A stretch of 64,000 nucleotides of DNA from an uncultured Spirochaetota bacterium (GTDB lineage: Bacteria; Spirochaetota; UBA4802; UBA5550): positions 249,144 to 313,143 of the forward strand of contig CAWHAA010000006.1 in the NCBI GenBank assembly GCA_963827275.1, in the 5' to 3' direction. The position numbers were made by a program, and so were the translations under genes. Positions 40,830 to 52,958 of the stretch are shown in pieces. Position 1 is the stretch's first letter, and the number at the start of each line of letters is the position of its first letter. The notes below the pieces were generated by a model that saw only the letters and a program-made list of their open reading frames with translations, was not told where the DNA came from and ran no database searches.

Positions 40830-42581
40830 ATGAACGATGAAATACGCAAAAAAATTGATGAATGGACCCGGCCTCCCTTTGATTTAGGCACCATAGACGA
40901 AATCGAGGGACTCATTTCAAAAGGCGACGACAAGGAGCTGACAGAACGGTTCCACCGCACCCTCGAATTCGGCACCGGCGGTCTGCGCGGAATCATCGGC
41001 GCGGGCACCAACCGCATGAATATATACACTGTGGGGATGGCCACCCAGGGCCTGGCGAACTACATACGCTCGACTGCCTCCTCCGGGACCGGCGTCGTCA
41101 TAGCCAGGGACTCGAGGCGGTTTTCCGACATCTTCGCCCTCGAGGCGGCCGCGATCCTCGCCGGGAACGGCATCCCGGTTTACCTGTTCCGCGACATCAC
41201 CCCGACGCCGATCGCATCGTATGCCATACGCCATCTCGGCGCCGTCTCCGGCATCGTGATCACCGCGAGCCACAATCCCCCGGAATACAACGGGTACAAA
41301 GTCTACTGGGACGATGGCGGGCAGGTCACCCCGCCCCACGACGAGCGGATCATAGCGGAAGTAAGCCGCGTCACCTCAATAGCGGACATCAGGCGCCTCG
41401 ACATAAAAAAAGGCCTTTCATCGGGCGCCATCAGATATCTCGCCGACGAGATAACCGACGCGTACATTGCCGACCTCGAAAAGGTCGCGCTCAGGCCCCC
41501 GCTTGAATCCACGGTAACGATTGCCTATACCCCTCTCCACGGGACCGGCCACCGGATCATACCGGCGGTGCTCCGTCATTTCGGCTTCACCAACCTGCTG
41601 GTGCAGAGCGAGCAATCGCTCCCGGACGGGGACTTCCCCACGGTCAAGTCACCGAACCCGGAGGAAAAAGAGGCGCTGGAGATGGTCACGCGGCTGGCCC
41701 GGGAAGAAAACGCCGACATCATCATGGCCACCGATCCCGACGCGGACCGCATGGGGATCGGGTTCAGGGGGCCGGACGGCGAAATCATGCTGATCAACGG
41801 CAACCAGATCGGCACCATGCTCGAGTATTACATCCTTTCGCGCTCCCGGGAAAACGGCACCCTCGCGAAAAACGCCGCGGTTGTAAAGACCATCGTCACC
41901 ACGGAGCTGCAGCGTGAGATCGCGGAAAGCTTCGGGTGCGGTATCCACGACGTGCTGACCGGATTCAAGTGGATCGCGCTGAAGATGAAGGAGTTCGACG
42001 ACACCGGCTCGTCGAAATTCGTCTTCGGCGGCGAAGAGAGCTACGGCTATCTCCCGGTGCCGTTCGTCAGGGACAAGGACGCGGTCAGCTCGTGTTATTT
42101 TTTCGCGGAGATGGCTGACTGGCTTGCGAGCAAAAACATGACCCTTTCCGGTTTCCTCGATGAAATTTACCTGACGTACGGCCTGTACCTCGAAGACCTC
42201 CACACCATCACGCTGAAGGGGATTGAGGGAAACGAACGTATACGCCTCATCATGGAGCGATTCCGCTCGGCACCGCCGTCTGAATTTTCATCGATACCGG
42301 TCGAGCGGTTTGACGACATACAGGGCCTCACCACGCGGGACATGGCGCGCGGCACGGTCGAGACGATAGCCGGCCTGCCCCCGTCGAACGTACTCCAGTT
42401 CTTTCTCGCCGACGGATCGAAGGTCACCATGCGGCCGTCCGGAACGGAACCGAAGATCAAGTTTTATTTCAGCGTGAAGGAGCGCGTTGACCGCGCGTCG
42501 CTTAATGACGGGAAGTCTCGGGCGAGGAAGAAGCTGGAAGCGATAAAAAACGACTTGCTGGACAAGATTCACGCGGTCTAG
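40830..42581 (+). CDS. Phosphoglucomutase/phosphomannomutase
   Basis: FGTGGLRG, TASHNP, DPDADR, GEESYG and RPSGTEPK motifs. Confidence 0.94.
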   Translation: MNDEIRKKIDEWTRPPFDLGTIDEIEGLISKGDDKELTERFHRTLEFGTGGLRGIIGAGTNRMNIYTVGMATQGLANYIRSTASSGTGVVIARDSRRFSDIFALEAAAILAGNGIPVYLFRDITPTPIASYAIRHLGAVSGIVITASHNPPEYNGYKVYWDDGGQVTPPHDERIIAEVSRVTSIADIRRLDIKKGLSSGAIRYLADEITDAYIADLEKVALRPPLESTVTIAYTPLHGTGHRIIPAVLRHFGFTNLLVQSEQSLPDGDFPTVKSPNPEEKEALEMVTRLAREENADIIMATDPDADRMGIGFRGPDGEIMLINGNQIGTMLEYYILSRSRENGTLAKNAAVVKTIVTTELQREIAESFGCGIHDVLTGFKWIALKMKEFDDTGSSKFVFGGEESYGYLPVPFVRDKDAVSSCYFFAEMADWLASKNMTLSGFLDEIYLTYGLYLEDLHTITLKGIEGNERIRLIMERFRSAPPSEFSSIPVERFDDIQGLTTRDMARGTVETIAGLPPSNVLQFFLADGSKVTMRPSGTEPKIKFYFSVKERVDRASLNDGKSRARKKLEAIKNDLLDKIHAV

Positions 42582-42582
42582 A

Positions 42583-43038
42583 TCATATCACGATGCTCTT
42601 CCATAATTCATCCTCTTTCTGGAGCATGACTTCCTCGTCCTCGTCGGACCGCTCATGGTCGTACCCGACCAGGTGAAGTATCCCGTGGATGATGAGCCGC
42701 TTCATCTCGTCGGTAAGCGAAACCCGGTATTCATGTGACTGCCGTTCCGCCTGTTCTATGGAGATGTAGATATCGCCGATCTCCTCCTGCGAGGCGTCTA
42801 TATCGGGGAACGGGTTGTCCCTGTTTGCGAACGATATCACGTCCGTGGGCCTGTCGATTGACCGGTATTCCTTGTTTATGGTGCGGATGTATGCGTCATC
42901 GGTGATGATTATGGTTATCCGGGCGCTATTCAACACGAGCCGGTCGGCCGCCGCCGCCGCTATTTTCTTTATTTTCTGCCGTGTCACTTCCCCGTAGGGG
43001 AGCTTAACGCCCTCGGTGAATACTTCAATCCGTGCCAT
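42583..43038 (-). CDS. ybeY: rRNA maturation endoribonuclease YbeY
   Basis: PTDVISF and HGILHLVGYDH motifs. Confidence 0.96.
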   Translation of the reverse strand: MARIEVFTEGVKLPYGEVTRQKIKKIAAAAADRLVLNSARITIIITDDAYIRTINKEYRSIDRPTDVISFANRDNPFPDIDASQEEIGDIYISIEQAERQSHEYRVSLTDEMKRLIIHGILHLVGYDHERSDEDEEVMLQKEDELWKSIVI

Positions 43039-45307
43039 TGCTCTTTGTCTTTTTCTTCTCGAGCTTTTTCAGGTCGTAGTCTTCCGGATACTCTATGCGC
43101 GAATGAAAAATCCCCTTCAGCAAAGAGAGGAAGGTCTCCTGTATGACCCTCAGATCGGTCATCGAAAGATCTGAAAACTCCAGCTCTCCTTCGTTCATCT
43201 TGTTGTAGATGATTCTCCGCACCAGTCCCTCGAGCTTTTCATACGACGGGTTCTGGAGCGAACGAGCCGCCGCCTCAATGGAATCCGCGAGCATGACCAC
43301 TGCCGATTCCCTGCTGCTCGGCCGGGGCCCCGGATACTGAAAATCCGACTTGCGGATGTTCTCGTTCTCCTCGGGATCAACGCCCTCAAGCGACTGGTGG
43401 TAAAAGAACGTCATTGTCGTCTGGCCATGGTGCTCGAGGATGAATTTAATCACGGTCTCCGGGAGGTCATTTTTACGCGCAATTTCAACGCCTTTATCCA
43501 CGTGCGAGATTATCAGTTTGGCGTACGCCAGTGGCGACAGCACCTTCGCCCGCGGATCAGTCACCCTGTTCTCGATATACATCCCGGCGTCAACCGTCTT
43601 GCCGATGTCATGGTAATAGGCGCCGACCCGGGCCAGCAGGTGGTTTGCCCCGATCTCCTTGCAGGCGGCCTCCGACATCGTCGACACGAGCATCGAGTGG
43701 TTATAGGTGCCGGGCGCCTTCATGAGCATCTCCTTGAAGATGTCCGCATTCAGGTCCGAAAGCTCGAGGAGCTTGAACTTCGTGGTGATGCCGAATATAT
43801 TTTCATACAGCGGCAGAATGCCGAGGACGAGTATGGAATTGATAAACCCGTTCGCGAACGCGATGCCCATGATCTTCAGGAAATTCGCGTTCAGCGCCTG
43901 GATCTCCTGTATGAGTGAAACCGAAGCGACGACGATGGCGTTCAGTATGCCGAGAATCAGCCCGCCTCGAAGAAACTCTGTCCTCTTATCTACGTTTTCA
44001 TTGACGAAGACCCCGATGAAGGCGGTGCTGAACGCTATGATCGCGGTCGATATGTAACTCCCGCCGATCAGGGTCGTGAAAAACACGATGAAGAGGCCGA
44101 TCATTATCGAAAGATACCTGTTGTAAAGTATGGAAACGATGATGGTCACGAACGATATCGGCAGCATGAAGGCGAACGTGAGCTTCGGGTTCACCGGGGA
44201 CTCGAGCCGCGACATGAAAAAGGCATAGACCATGAAGAGTACCACGAGGCTGAACATGATGATGGTGGCTTTTTTGTCCGGCAGGAATATCTTGTTAAAC
44301 TCAAAAAGGAAGTACCCGAAGATAAAGAAAAATACCGCCTGAATAAGCAGTATGCCGAATATGAAGCTTATGTTCAGTGATGCGGTCTGCTTGTTGTAAA
44401 TCGCTATTTTTTTCAGTATGTCCTGGGTTATCGTGTCGCCCTCGCGCACTATCGTCATGCCCCTCTTGAGCTTGTTCACCACCGGCGGAACTTTTTTTAT
44501 GACCGCGACGATCCGCCGCTTCGACTCTTCTAAATTAAAGGAAAGGTTCGGCTCCAGTATGCCGCCGATTATCGCGCTCACCGCCGGGACGGCGGTTTTC
44601 TGGAGGTCAGGGGCGACCATGGTGCACACGGCCAGCAAATTTCTCTTTATATCGTCCGCCGTTTTCAGGCTATCGAGGGTCCGGGAGACCTCGTCTGCCG
44701 CGTCCGGCGCGTTTATGAGGCGCACCGTCACGTTGTTATTGTTGATCATCAGGGGATTTTCGTACGGCTTGTCAAGGATGCCCATCTGTGGGTCATCGTA
44801 GATGTAGATCAGAATGCGGGAAACGATCTTTTTCAGTTTTGCGTGGTCCCGGTACCGGAGCACCTCGGACAGGACCGCGTCGTTGAAATGCAGGTAGCGC
44901 GGCATGCGCGATTTCATCGCGTATACCTGGAAATTAAAATCGTTTCCCGCGGGCGGGAACTGCTTCAGCGTCTCAATCGCGTGGTTGACGAGCGCGGCGG
45001 TGATGTTAAGCTTTCTCTGCAGGACCGAGGCGTCCTTGTCGAAGACGATGGGCACCGCCTCCCCTTCCCGCCTGCGCTCGATGTCGGTCTCCTGCTCGTT
45101 GACATACTCTATGTCGCGCGAAACCCGGATGTCCTCGTCGGCGATGTCGCCGACCTCGTACTCGTACGCTGTGCCGAAGAGATTAATGGACAGGAGGACC
45201 GTCGATATCAGTATGATCACCAACACCGATACCATCGACAACCTGATATTCCTGTTGTCGAAGGTCTTCCGCAGGGAATGCATGGCTTTGTTAAAAGATG
45301 ATTTCAT
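43025..45307 (-). CDS. 7TM-HD (HDIG) membrane phosphodiesterase, PgpH-like
   Basis: Extracellular domain and multiple TMs; APGTYNHS, YHDIGK, EHHG and LADSIEA motifs; between phoH and ybeY. Confidence 0.92.
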   Translation of the reverse strand: MKSSFNKAMHSLRKTFDNRNIRLSMVSVLVIILISTVLLSINLFGTAYEYEVGDIADEDIRVSRDIEYVNEQETDIERRREGEAVPIVFDKDASVLQRKLNITAALVNHAIETLKQFPPAGNDFNFQVYAMKSRMPRYLHFNDAVLSEVLRYRDHAKLKKIVSRILIYIYDDPQMGILDKPYENPLMINNNNVTVRLINAPDAADEVSRTLDSLKTADDIKRNLLAVCTMVAPDLQKTAVPAVSAIIGGILEPNLSFNLEESKRRIVAVIKKVPPVVNKLKRGMTIVREGDTITQDILKKIAIYNKQTASLNISFIFGILLIQAVFFFIFGYFLFEFNKIFLPDKKATIIMFSLVVLFMVYAFFMSRLESPVNPKLTFAFMLPISFVTIIVSILYNRYLSIMIGLFIVFFTTLIGGSYISTAIIAFSTAFIGVFVNENVDKRTEFLRGGLILGILNAIVVASVSLIQEIQALNANFLKIMGIAFANGFINSILVLGILPLYENIFGITTKFKLLELSDLNADIFKEMLMKAPGTYNHSMLVSTMSEAACKEIGANHLLARVGAYYHDIGKTVDAGMYIENRVTDPRAKVLSPLAYAKLIISHVDKGVEIARKNDLPETVIKFILEHHGQTTMTFFYHQSLEGVDPEENENIRKSDFQYPGPRPSSRESAVVMLADSIEAAARSLQNPSYEKLEGLVRRIIYNKMNEGELEFSDLSMTDLRVIQETFLSLLKGIFHSRIEYPEDYDLKKLEKKKTKSNGTD

Positions 45308-45313
45308 AACGAA

Positions 45314-46279
45314 TTATTCACCATAGCCGCTCTTTTCGTAGGCTGCAACTATTTTTTCGACTATCGGGTGCCGCGAGATGTCTTCCCTTGTGAAACGGAT
45401 GAAGCGTATGTCCCTGATGTCTTTCAGGATGCGCATCGCCTGGAGAAGGCCCGATTTCTTCGGCTTTTCGATGTCAATCTGGGTATCATCGCCCGAAATG
45501 ACGAATTTCGAATTATTACCCAGCCTTGTCAAAAACATCTTCATCTGGGAAATTGTCGTGTTCTGGGCCTCGTCAAGGATTATGAACGAATTATTGAGGG
45601 TGCGGCCGCGCATGTACGCGAGCGGCGCTATCTCTATGATGTTTTTTTCCATGAGCTTGGATATCTTTTCAAAGGGCTGCAGGTCAAAGAGCGCGTCATA
45701 CAGTGGACGGAGATACGGGTTGATCTTCTGTATGAGGTCGCCCGGCAGGAACCCGAGGTTTTCCCCCGCCTCTACCGCAGGCCTGGTGAGCACGATGCGG
45801 TCGACCTTTCCGGCCACAAGGCTCTTCAGGGCCATGACCACCGCGAGGTATGTCTTCCCGGTCCCTGCCGGCCCGGTCGCGATGGTGATCGGGTAGTTCT
45901 GCATGGCCGTTATGTAATGCGCCTGGTTGATGGTCTTCGGCGCTATAGACCTGCCGCTGTCCGGGAAGGTTATCTTGAGCCTGCTGATGTCCTCCGGCGT
46001 GAAGCTCTGGCCGTCGAAGACCGTCGAGGCGATGTACCTCAGGTCAAAATCGTCGATCTCGTAGGAGGCGCCGTTCGCATAGAGGAAATCGCTCAGCACG
46101 TGCAGGAGCTTTATCGCAAGCTCGTTTTTCTCCTTCACTGCCCTGACGATCAGGGTGTTTCCCCTCGGGATGATGTCAACGCCTGAAAGCTCCTCGATTC
46201 GCTTTAAATTGTTGTCCTTGAAACCGCAGATTCTCTTGAAAATGGATATGTCATCGATTTCAAATCTGTTTTCGATCAT
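45314..46279 (-). CDS. phoH: PhoH-family ATPase
   Basis: GPAGTGKT, RPAVEAGE, YMRGRT and DEAQN motifs. Confidence 0.93.
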   Translation of the reverse strand: MIENRFEIDDISIFKRICGFKDNNLKRIEELSGVDIIPRGNTLIVRAVKEKNELAIKLLHVLSDFLYANGASYEIDDFDLRYIASTVFDGQSFTPEDISRLKITFPDSGRSIAPKTINQAHYITAMQNYPITIATGPAGTGKTYLAVVMALKSLVAGKVDRIVLTRPAVEAGENLGFLPGDLIQKINPYLRPLYDALFDLQPFEKISKLMEKNIIEIAPLAYMRGRTLNNSFIILDEAQNTTISQMKMFLTRLGNNSKFVISGDDTQIDIEKPKKSGLLQAMRILKDIRDIRFIRFTREDISRHPIVEKIVAAYEKSGYGE

Positions 46280-46280
46280 G

Positions 46281-48057
46281 TTACTCTTCGACCACTTTGA
46301 GGTTGAGTTCCCTTAGCTGCTCAGGCGACACCGGCGAGGGCGCGTTGCTCATGAGGCACTGGCCGCGGGTCGTTTTGGGAAACGCGATGACGTCACGTAT
46401 CGACTTCTTCTTCAGCAGCAGCATCATGATGCGGTCCAGTCCCAGCGCCAGGCCGCCGTGCGGCGGCGCGCCGTACTTGAGCGCGTCAACCAGGAACGAG
46501 AACTTGATGTCGGCCTCCTCCTTCGAAATGCCCAGGAGCGCAAATATCTTCTGCTGCACCTCGGGGACGTTGATCCGTATTGAGCCGCCGCCGATCTCCA
46601 CGCCGTTCAGGACGACATCGTATGCCTGGGCGAGCACCGCGTCAGCCTGCTCCGGCCTGAGCGAATCAAGCGTGGTGATGAATTCAGGCTTCGGTGCCGT
46701 GAAGGGATGGTGCTTGGAGTAAAACCGCTTGTCCTGCTCGCTGTATTCGAACATCGGGAAATCCGTGACCCAGAGGAAGCTGAGCTTGTCGTCATCAATG
46801 AGCCCCAGGTCCCGTGCGACCTTTACCCGTGTGCTGGCGAGCGCTCCGCACACGGCATGGGAGGAGTCGGCCGCGAAAAAAACCGTCCCCTGCCCGGACA
46901 GGTCAAAGCGCTCGGCGAGCGCCTGGATATCGGCCGGCGTCAGGTATTTCGATATGCCGCCCTCCGCGGCGTTGTTGCTGTATTTAAACGTCGGGAGCCC
47001 CTTGACGCCGTAGGCCTTCGCCTCATCAACGTAGCGGTCAAGCATCTTGCGTGAGATCTTCCCGCCGTCATGCACCGCGAATCCCCGGACCACCCCGCCG
47101 ACCGCGAGGGCCTGGGCGAAGACGCTGAATTCAGATGTGCCGAAGATGTCGCCGCAATCGGCGATTTCAAGGCCAAAGCGGGTGTCAGGCGCATCAGTGC
47201 CATACCGGTCCATGGCCTCCCGGTAGGTCAGGTGCGTGAACGGGATGTCGATCTCCCTGCCGATCACGTCGCGCACCACTTCTTTCAGGAGGCCTTCTAT
47301 GACCGTCATGATGGTTGGCATGTCAATGAACGACAGCTCGAGGTCCACCTGCGTGAATTCAGGCTGGCGGTCGCCCCGTAAATCCTCGTCGCGGAAGCAC
47401 TTGACGATCTGGAAATACCGGTCAAACCCGGAGATCATCAGTATCTGCTTGAACAGCTGCGGCGATTGCGGGAGGGCGTAAAATTCCCCCTTGCTGATCC
47501 TGCTCGGGACGAGGAAGTCGCGGGCCCCTTCGGGGGTCGATTTGTTCAGTACCGGGGTCTCGATCTCGAAGAACCTGTTGCCGCAGAGATAGTTCCTGAT
47601 TGTCTGCATGGCACGGTGCCGCTTTACGATCGCGTCTCTCATCTCTTCGCGCCGGAGGTCGAGGAACCGGTACTTGAGCCTGGTCTCCTCGCCGATCGTG
47701 TCCTTCGCGTCTATCGGGATCGGCGGCACCAGCGACGAATTCAGCACCGTAATTGACCCGGCGAGCACCTCGATGTATCCCGTAGGCTGGTTCGGGTTCA
47801 CATTTTTCTCGTCCCTCTTCCTCACCGTCCCGGCGATCAGCACCACGAATTCGCTCCTCGCCTGGTCGGCGGTTTTCAGCATTTCCGGTGAAAGCGATGA
47901 ATCCAGCACGACCTGTACCGTGCCGCTCACGTCCCTGAGCTTGATGAAAATAATCCCGCCGAGGTTCCTGTTGCTTTCGACCCAGCCGGCAAGCTCGACA
48001 CGCCGGTCAACATCTGTTGAGCGTCAATTCACCGCAATACGATCTGTTCTTGAACAT
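46281..48057 (-). CDS. aspS: Aspartate--tRNA ligase (apparent frameshift near 48020)
   Basis: MFKNRSYCGEL in one frame, then LAGWV...NLGGIIFIKLRD, STPEGARD, FRDEDLR and PPHGG in another. Confidence 0.95.
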
Positions 48058-48220
48058 GGTTGCCGCTTCTTATACATAATAATTTAATACGACAAAAACG
48101 GAGAAACAAGATAATTGTTGTCATTACGGGGATTTGTCAAGCTGAAATTATATGGTTTGACGGGAGTGCCGGACCGGTCGTTGCCGTGCCCCGCGCCGGG
48201 GAACGGCCGCACGTCATGAG

Positions 48221-49579
48221 TCACCTGAGAAGTTTTTCGAAATGCCGGTAAATTGAATCCGCCTGCTGTGGGTCCTTCCCCTCGGCGATAATCCTGAATA
48301 TCGGCTCCGTGTTCGAGGGACGCAGGTGCACCCAGCCGCCGGCGAAGATGGCCCGCTTGATGAAATCGATCCTGAGGCCGTCGATGTCCGATATCATCTC
48401 GTCGGCGAATTCATTTTTAAGCCGGGGCAGAACCGACGGGTCCACGCCGGTGCCGGAGAGCTTGATGCTCCCCTTCTTCATCGCGTACCGGGGAAGCCCG
48501 GCGACCAGCTCCGAGATGCGCTTTGACCGGACAGCCATCATCTCAAGCACGTAGGCAATGCCGACAAGGCTGTCCCTGCCGAGGTGCACTTCGGGCGATA
48601 TGACCCCGCCGTTCCCCTCGCCGCCGATACGCGCGCCGCGCAGCATCATCTCTTCGACGACGTTGATTTCGCCGACGCGCGCGCGCGCCACCGGGGCGCC
48701 GTGCGATGCCGCTATATCCTCCACCGCCTTCGTCGTGGAAAGATTTATCACGACCCTGCCCGTCTTCTTGGAAAGCTGGTGTTCAACGACGAGGGCGATA
48801 GTGTATTCCTCGCCGATCGGCCTGCCGGTCTCATCCACGATCGCCAGGCGGTCCGCGTCCGGGTCCTGCGCGAACCCGATGTCCGCGCCCGCGTCCACGA
48901 CCGCGCGTGAAAGCATGGCAAGGTTTTCCGGGACCGGCTCCGCTCCCCTCGGAAAGATGCCGCTCATGTCGCAGTTGATCGGCACGACATCGCACCCGAG
49001 CTCATGTAAAAGCACCGGCGTGATCACCGAACCGGCGCCGTTCACTGAATCAAGCGCCACCCTGAACTTCATTTTTTTAATGATGTCCGTATTCACCGCG
49101 CCAAGCACCTTTTTGATATGGACGCCTTGTGCGCTCCCGTCGCTGACAACACCGCCGACACTGTCCCAGCGGCGATACGTGAAGTCACCTTCCATGAGGG
49201 CGAAGAATGTTTCAATCTGGCCCGCGGTCAGGAATGAGCCGTTGTTGCTGATCAGCTTGAACGCGTTCCATTCGACAGGATTATGGGAGGCGGATATGAC
49301 GATGCCGCCTGCGGCGCCGAGGTGCTCGACCATGATCTGCACGGTCGGTGTCGGAACGACGCCGATATTGATGACATTGCACCCTGAAAGAACCAGCGCG
49401 GACTCGAGGCCTTTTTCTATTGCCGGCCCGGTTGGCCTGCTGTCACGACCGATCACGATTGTGCCGCGGCCGCAGAATTCCGCGAAGGCGGAGCCGACCG
49501 CGTTGATCAGGGCCGGCGTCAGCGACTCTCCGACAATTGCGCGTATCCCGGACACGCTTTTCATCAGCGTCGAGGCCAT
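48221..49579 (-). CDS. Phosphohexomutase (GlmM/PMM family)
   Basis: SASHNP, DPDADR, GGEGNGG and RPSNTEP motifs. Confidence 0.9.
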   Translation of the reverse strand: MASTLMKSVSGIRAIVGESLTPALINAVGSAFAEFCGRGTIVIGRDSRPTGPAIEKGLESALVLSGCNVINIGVVPTPTVQIMVEHLGAAGGIVISASHNPVEWNAFKLISNNGSFLTAGQIETFFALMEGDFTYRRWDSVGGVVSDGSAQGVHIKKVLGAVNTDIIKKMKFRVALDSVNGAGSVITPVLLHELGCDVVPINCDMSGIFPRGAEPVPENLAMLSRAVVDAGADIGFAQDPDADRLAIVDETGRPIGEEYTIALVVEHQLSKKTGRVVINLSTTKAVEDIAASHGAPVARARVGEINVVEEMMLRGARIGGEGNGGVISPEVHLGRDSLVGIAYVLEMMAVRSKRISELVAGLPRYAMKKGSIKLSGTGVDPSVLPRLKNEFADEMISDIDGLRIDFIKRAIFAGGWVHLRPSNTEPIFRIIAEGKDPQQADSIYRHFEKLLR

Positions 49580-49581
49580 GG

Positions 49582-52347
49582 TTATCCCCTCCTGCTCCTG
49601 CGGCTCTTCTTCCGCTTGACGCCGCCCGTGGCGGCAGCCTGCGGCTCCTTTGCGGGACCAGCGGACCTGCGCACCGGCGCGGCCTGCGCCGCAACGGGTA
49701 TGCCGCCGGAGCCGAACTGGCCGACCTCGGGATGGTATTCGCTCCCGACGATCTCCGGCGCGGCCTGGGGCACCGGCTCCTCCTCGACGATGCGCTCCAC
49801 CTGCACCCGCATCATGTATTCAAGGATGTCTTCTTTCAGCGTGGCGAGCATGTCCCTGAACAGGTTAAACCCCTGTATCTTGTACTCGACAAGCGGGTTC
49901 CGCTCGCCGTAGCTCAGGGTCCAGATGCCGTCGCGCATCTCGTCCATGTTGTAGAGGTGATCGCGCCATTTCGTGTCGATGATCTGGAGCGATATCATGC
50001 GTTCGAGGGTGCGCATGTCCTTCGCGCCGAGCACCGCCTCTTTCGCCCGGTACGCGTCGGTAAGGGCGTTGATGATCCCCTCCTCGTACTCGCTGTATTT
50101 CAACTGCACCGGGTCGAGCCCCTTCTCGTCGAGATCGACGTTGAACTTGAAGCGCATCCAGTTTCTCAGCCCGTCGAGGTCCCATTCCTCCGGGTGTGTT
50201 TTTCCTTCGGTGAATACCTGCAGCTTCTCGCGGCAGACGTCACTGATATATTCAATGAACTTGTAGGAGATGTCCTCGCCGAGGAGAATTTCGTCCCGCT
50301 CGCGGTAGATGAATTCACGCTGCGAGTTCATGACGTCGTCGTATTCGAGCAGGTGCTTCCTGATGTCGAAGTTGCGCCCCTCGACGCGTTTCTGCGCGCT
50401 GGCTATCGCCTTCGTGACCATGGGGCTCTCTATCTCCTGCCCCTCCTCCATGCCGAGCCGCTGCATGATATTGCCGATCCGCTCCGAGCCGAAGAGCCGC
50501 ATGAGGTCGTCCTCGAGCGACAGGTAAAACCGCGACGAGCCGGGGTCGCCCTGGCGGCCGGAACGCCCGCGGAGCTGGTTGTCGATGCGCCGCGCCTCGT
50601 GCCGCTCGGTCCCGAGTATGTGGAGCCCGCCCGCTTCTACCACCTTGACGTGGTTCGTGTTCCATTCGCGTCCGTTCCGGATGATCGTCTTTGACTTGTT
50701 TTTGTCCTGGCCGGTCATCTGGTCGGACAGCACGTCGGCCCTGTCGAAATCGGCGGTGAGCACCGCCAGCTTGAAGTCGTTCCAGAGCTCTCAGGTCATG
50801 CACCGGCACGTGCTGCTCGAGCTCGTCGACGTACAGCCTGCGGCCGCCCAGGACAATGTCGGTACCGCGGCCGGCCATGTTCGTCGCGATGGTCACCGCC
50901 GCCGGCCGTCCCGCCTCCGCGATGATGCGCGCTTCCTGCTCGTGGAACTTCGCGTTGAGCACGTTATGCATGATCCCTTTCGCGTGGAGCAGGTGCGACA
51001 GCTTTTCCGACTTTTCTATCGAGATGGTGCCCACGAGGATCGGCTGGCTCTTCGCGTTCAGCTCGCGTATCTCGTTTACTATCGCGTCGAATTTCTCCTT
51101 TTCGGTGCGGTACACCTTGTCGGGATAGTCCCGGCGCACCATCGGCATGTTGGTGGGTATGACCACGACGTCGAGCTTGTATATCTTCTGGAACTCGACC
51201 GCCTCGGTGTCCGCGGTTCCGGTCATGCCGCCGAGCTTGTTGTACATCCTGAAAAAGTTCTGGAAGGTGATCGGTGGCCAGCGTCTGGCTTTCGCGCGCG
51301 ATGGTGACGTTTTCCTTCGCCTCGAGGGCCTGGTGGAGGCCGTCGGAATAGCGGCGACCCGGCATGAGGCGGCCGGTGAATTCGTCGACGATGATGACCT
51401 GGCCGTCCTTGACGATGTAGTCCTCGTCTATGTTGAAGAGGGTGTGCGCCTTCAGCGCCTGGTTTACGTGGTGGACGGTGTCGATGTGCCTGTTGTCGTA
51501 GAGGTTGTCGATCTTGAGAAGGCGCTCCACATGGCGCACGCCGTCCTCGGTGAGGGTCACGTGGCGGTCCTTTTCGTTCACCTCGTAGTCGGCCTTGTCC
51601 TTGAGGTTCAGGATGATCTTGTTGATGAGGTAATACTTCTTGGTCGATTCCTCGGTGGAGCCGGATATGATGAGCGGCGTCCGGGCCTCGTCTATGAGGA
51701 TCGAGTCAACCTCGTCGACGATCGCGAAATTGAGCGTCGCGCTGCACCCTGAGGCTCTGGTGCTCGACCATGTTGTCCCTGAGGTAGTCGAACCCGAACT
51801 CGTTGTTTGTGCCGTAGGTAACATCGCAGCGGTACGCGATCTGGCGCTCGCACGGGGCGACAGGTCATGCTGGATCACGCCCACTTCAAGCCCGAGGAAC
51901 TTGTAGATGGTGCCCATCCACTCCGAGTCGCGGCGGGCCAGGTAATCGTTGACCGTGACCACGTGTACGCCGTTGCCGCTGAGCGCGTTGAGGTAAACCG
52001 GGAGGGTCGCGACGAGCGTTTTACCTTCACCGGTCTTCATCTCGGTGATCCTCCCCTGGTGAAGCACGATGCCGCCCATGAGCTGCACGTCGAAATGCCG
52101 CATCCCGAGCGTACGCACCGAGGCCTCGCGGACCAGGGCGAACGCCTCGGGAAGGATGCTGTCGAGGCTCTCGCCTTTTTCGATCCGGGCACGGAACTGC
52201 GGAGGTCATGGCGCGCATCTCGTCATTCGTGAGCTTTTTCATGTCCGGCTCAAGGGCATTGATTTTATGCACCACCGGCCAGAGCTTCTTTACGTCCCGT
52301 TCATGCTTGGTGCCGAAAAATAGGCTTAATATTTTATCAATCATCAC
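49582..52347 (-). CDS. secA: Preprotein translocase SecA (several apparent frameshifts)
   Basis: Consecutive SecA motifs in different frames: [57 protein letters not shown]. Confidence 0.95.
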
Positions 52348-52523
52348 GCAATCCTTTCCAGATCAAGTATGGGATATTCACGTTATCAGTAAAATGACAT
52401 GAAGTGCTGTTGCCGTCTAATATTTCGCGGATATTTAACCGGCATAAAACTAATCCGTCAATAATAAATCTGCCGTGGAAATTTCAACCATTATATGGCT
52501 GACCTGCACGATCTCTGTACGCA

Positions 52524-52958
52524 TCAAAAATATTTGCGGAACCCTTTAACTTCCCCCGGATCAAACCCGGCTTCCTCGTAAAATGCATGGGCCCCGGTCC
52601 TGTACGAGGACGAACAGAACTGGAGGTAAATGCAATTCCGCTTGCGGGCGATTGATTCCGCTTCGCGGACGAGCAACGACCCGGCGCCTTTTCTCTGCCA
52701 CCCGGGGTCGATGACAAGATTTTCCATTACCATGAAGGGCCTGCCCCCGGTGGCAGGATCATGGCAAACTACCGCCATCACGGTCCCGACAAGATAACGG
52801 TCATCCGACCGTGCGCCAAGGAGATAATAATCATCATTCCCGCTGATTTTCCGGAAGGTCGCCGCAATTGTCCCCGTATCGACGCACTTCCCGGACAGGT
52901 GCCCGTACAGCTCGGAGAGCCGGGGAATGTCCCCGGCAGACAACGCATCAATAATCAT
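52524..52958 (-). CDS. GNAT family N-acetyltransferase
   Basis: VIDPGWQRKGAG and AHAFYEEAGF motifs. Confidence 0.9.
   Translation of the reverse strand: MIIDALSAGDIPRLSELYGHLSGKCVDTGTIAATFRKISGNDDYYLLGARSDDRYLVGTVMAVVCHDPATGGRPFMVMENLVIDPGWQRKGAGSLLVREAESIARKRNCIYLQFCSSSYRTGAHAFYEEAGFDPGEVKGFRKYF

Noticed and set aside
49582..52347. Programmed frameshifting or true pseudogenisation of secA
   Set aside because: Multiple scattered indels in an essential gene, with similar indels in aspS and higA, fit sequencing error better.
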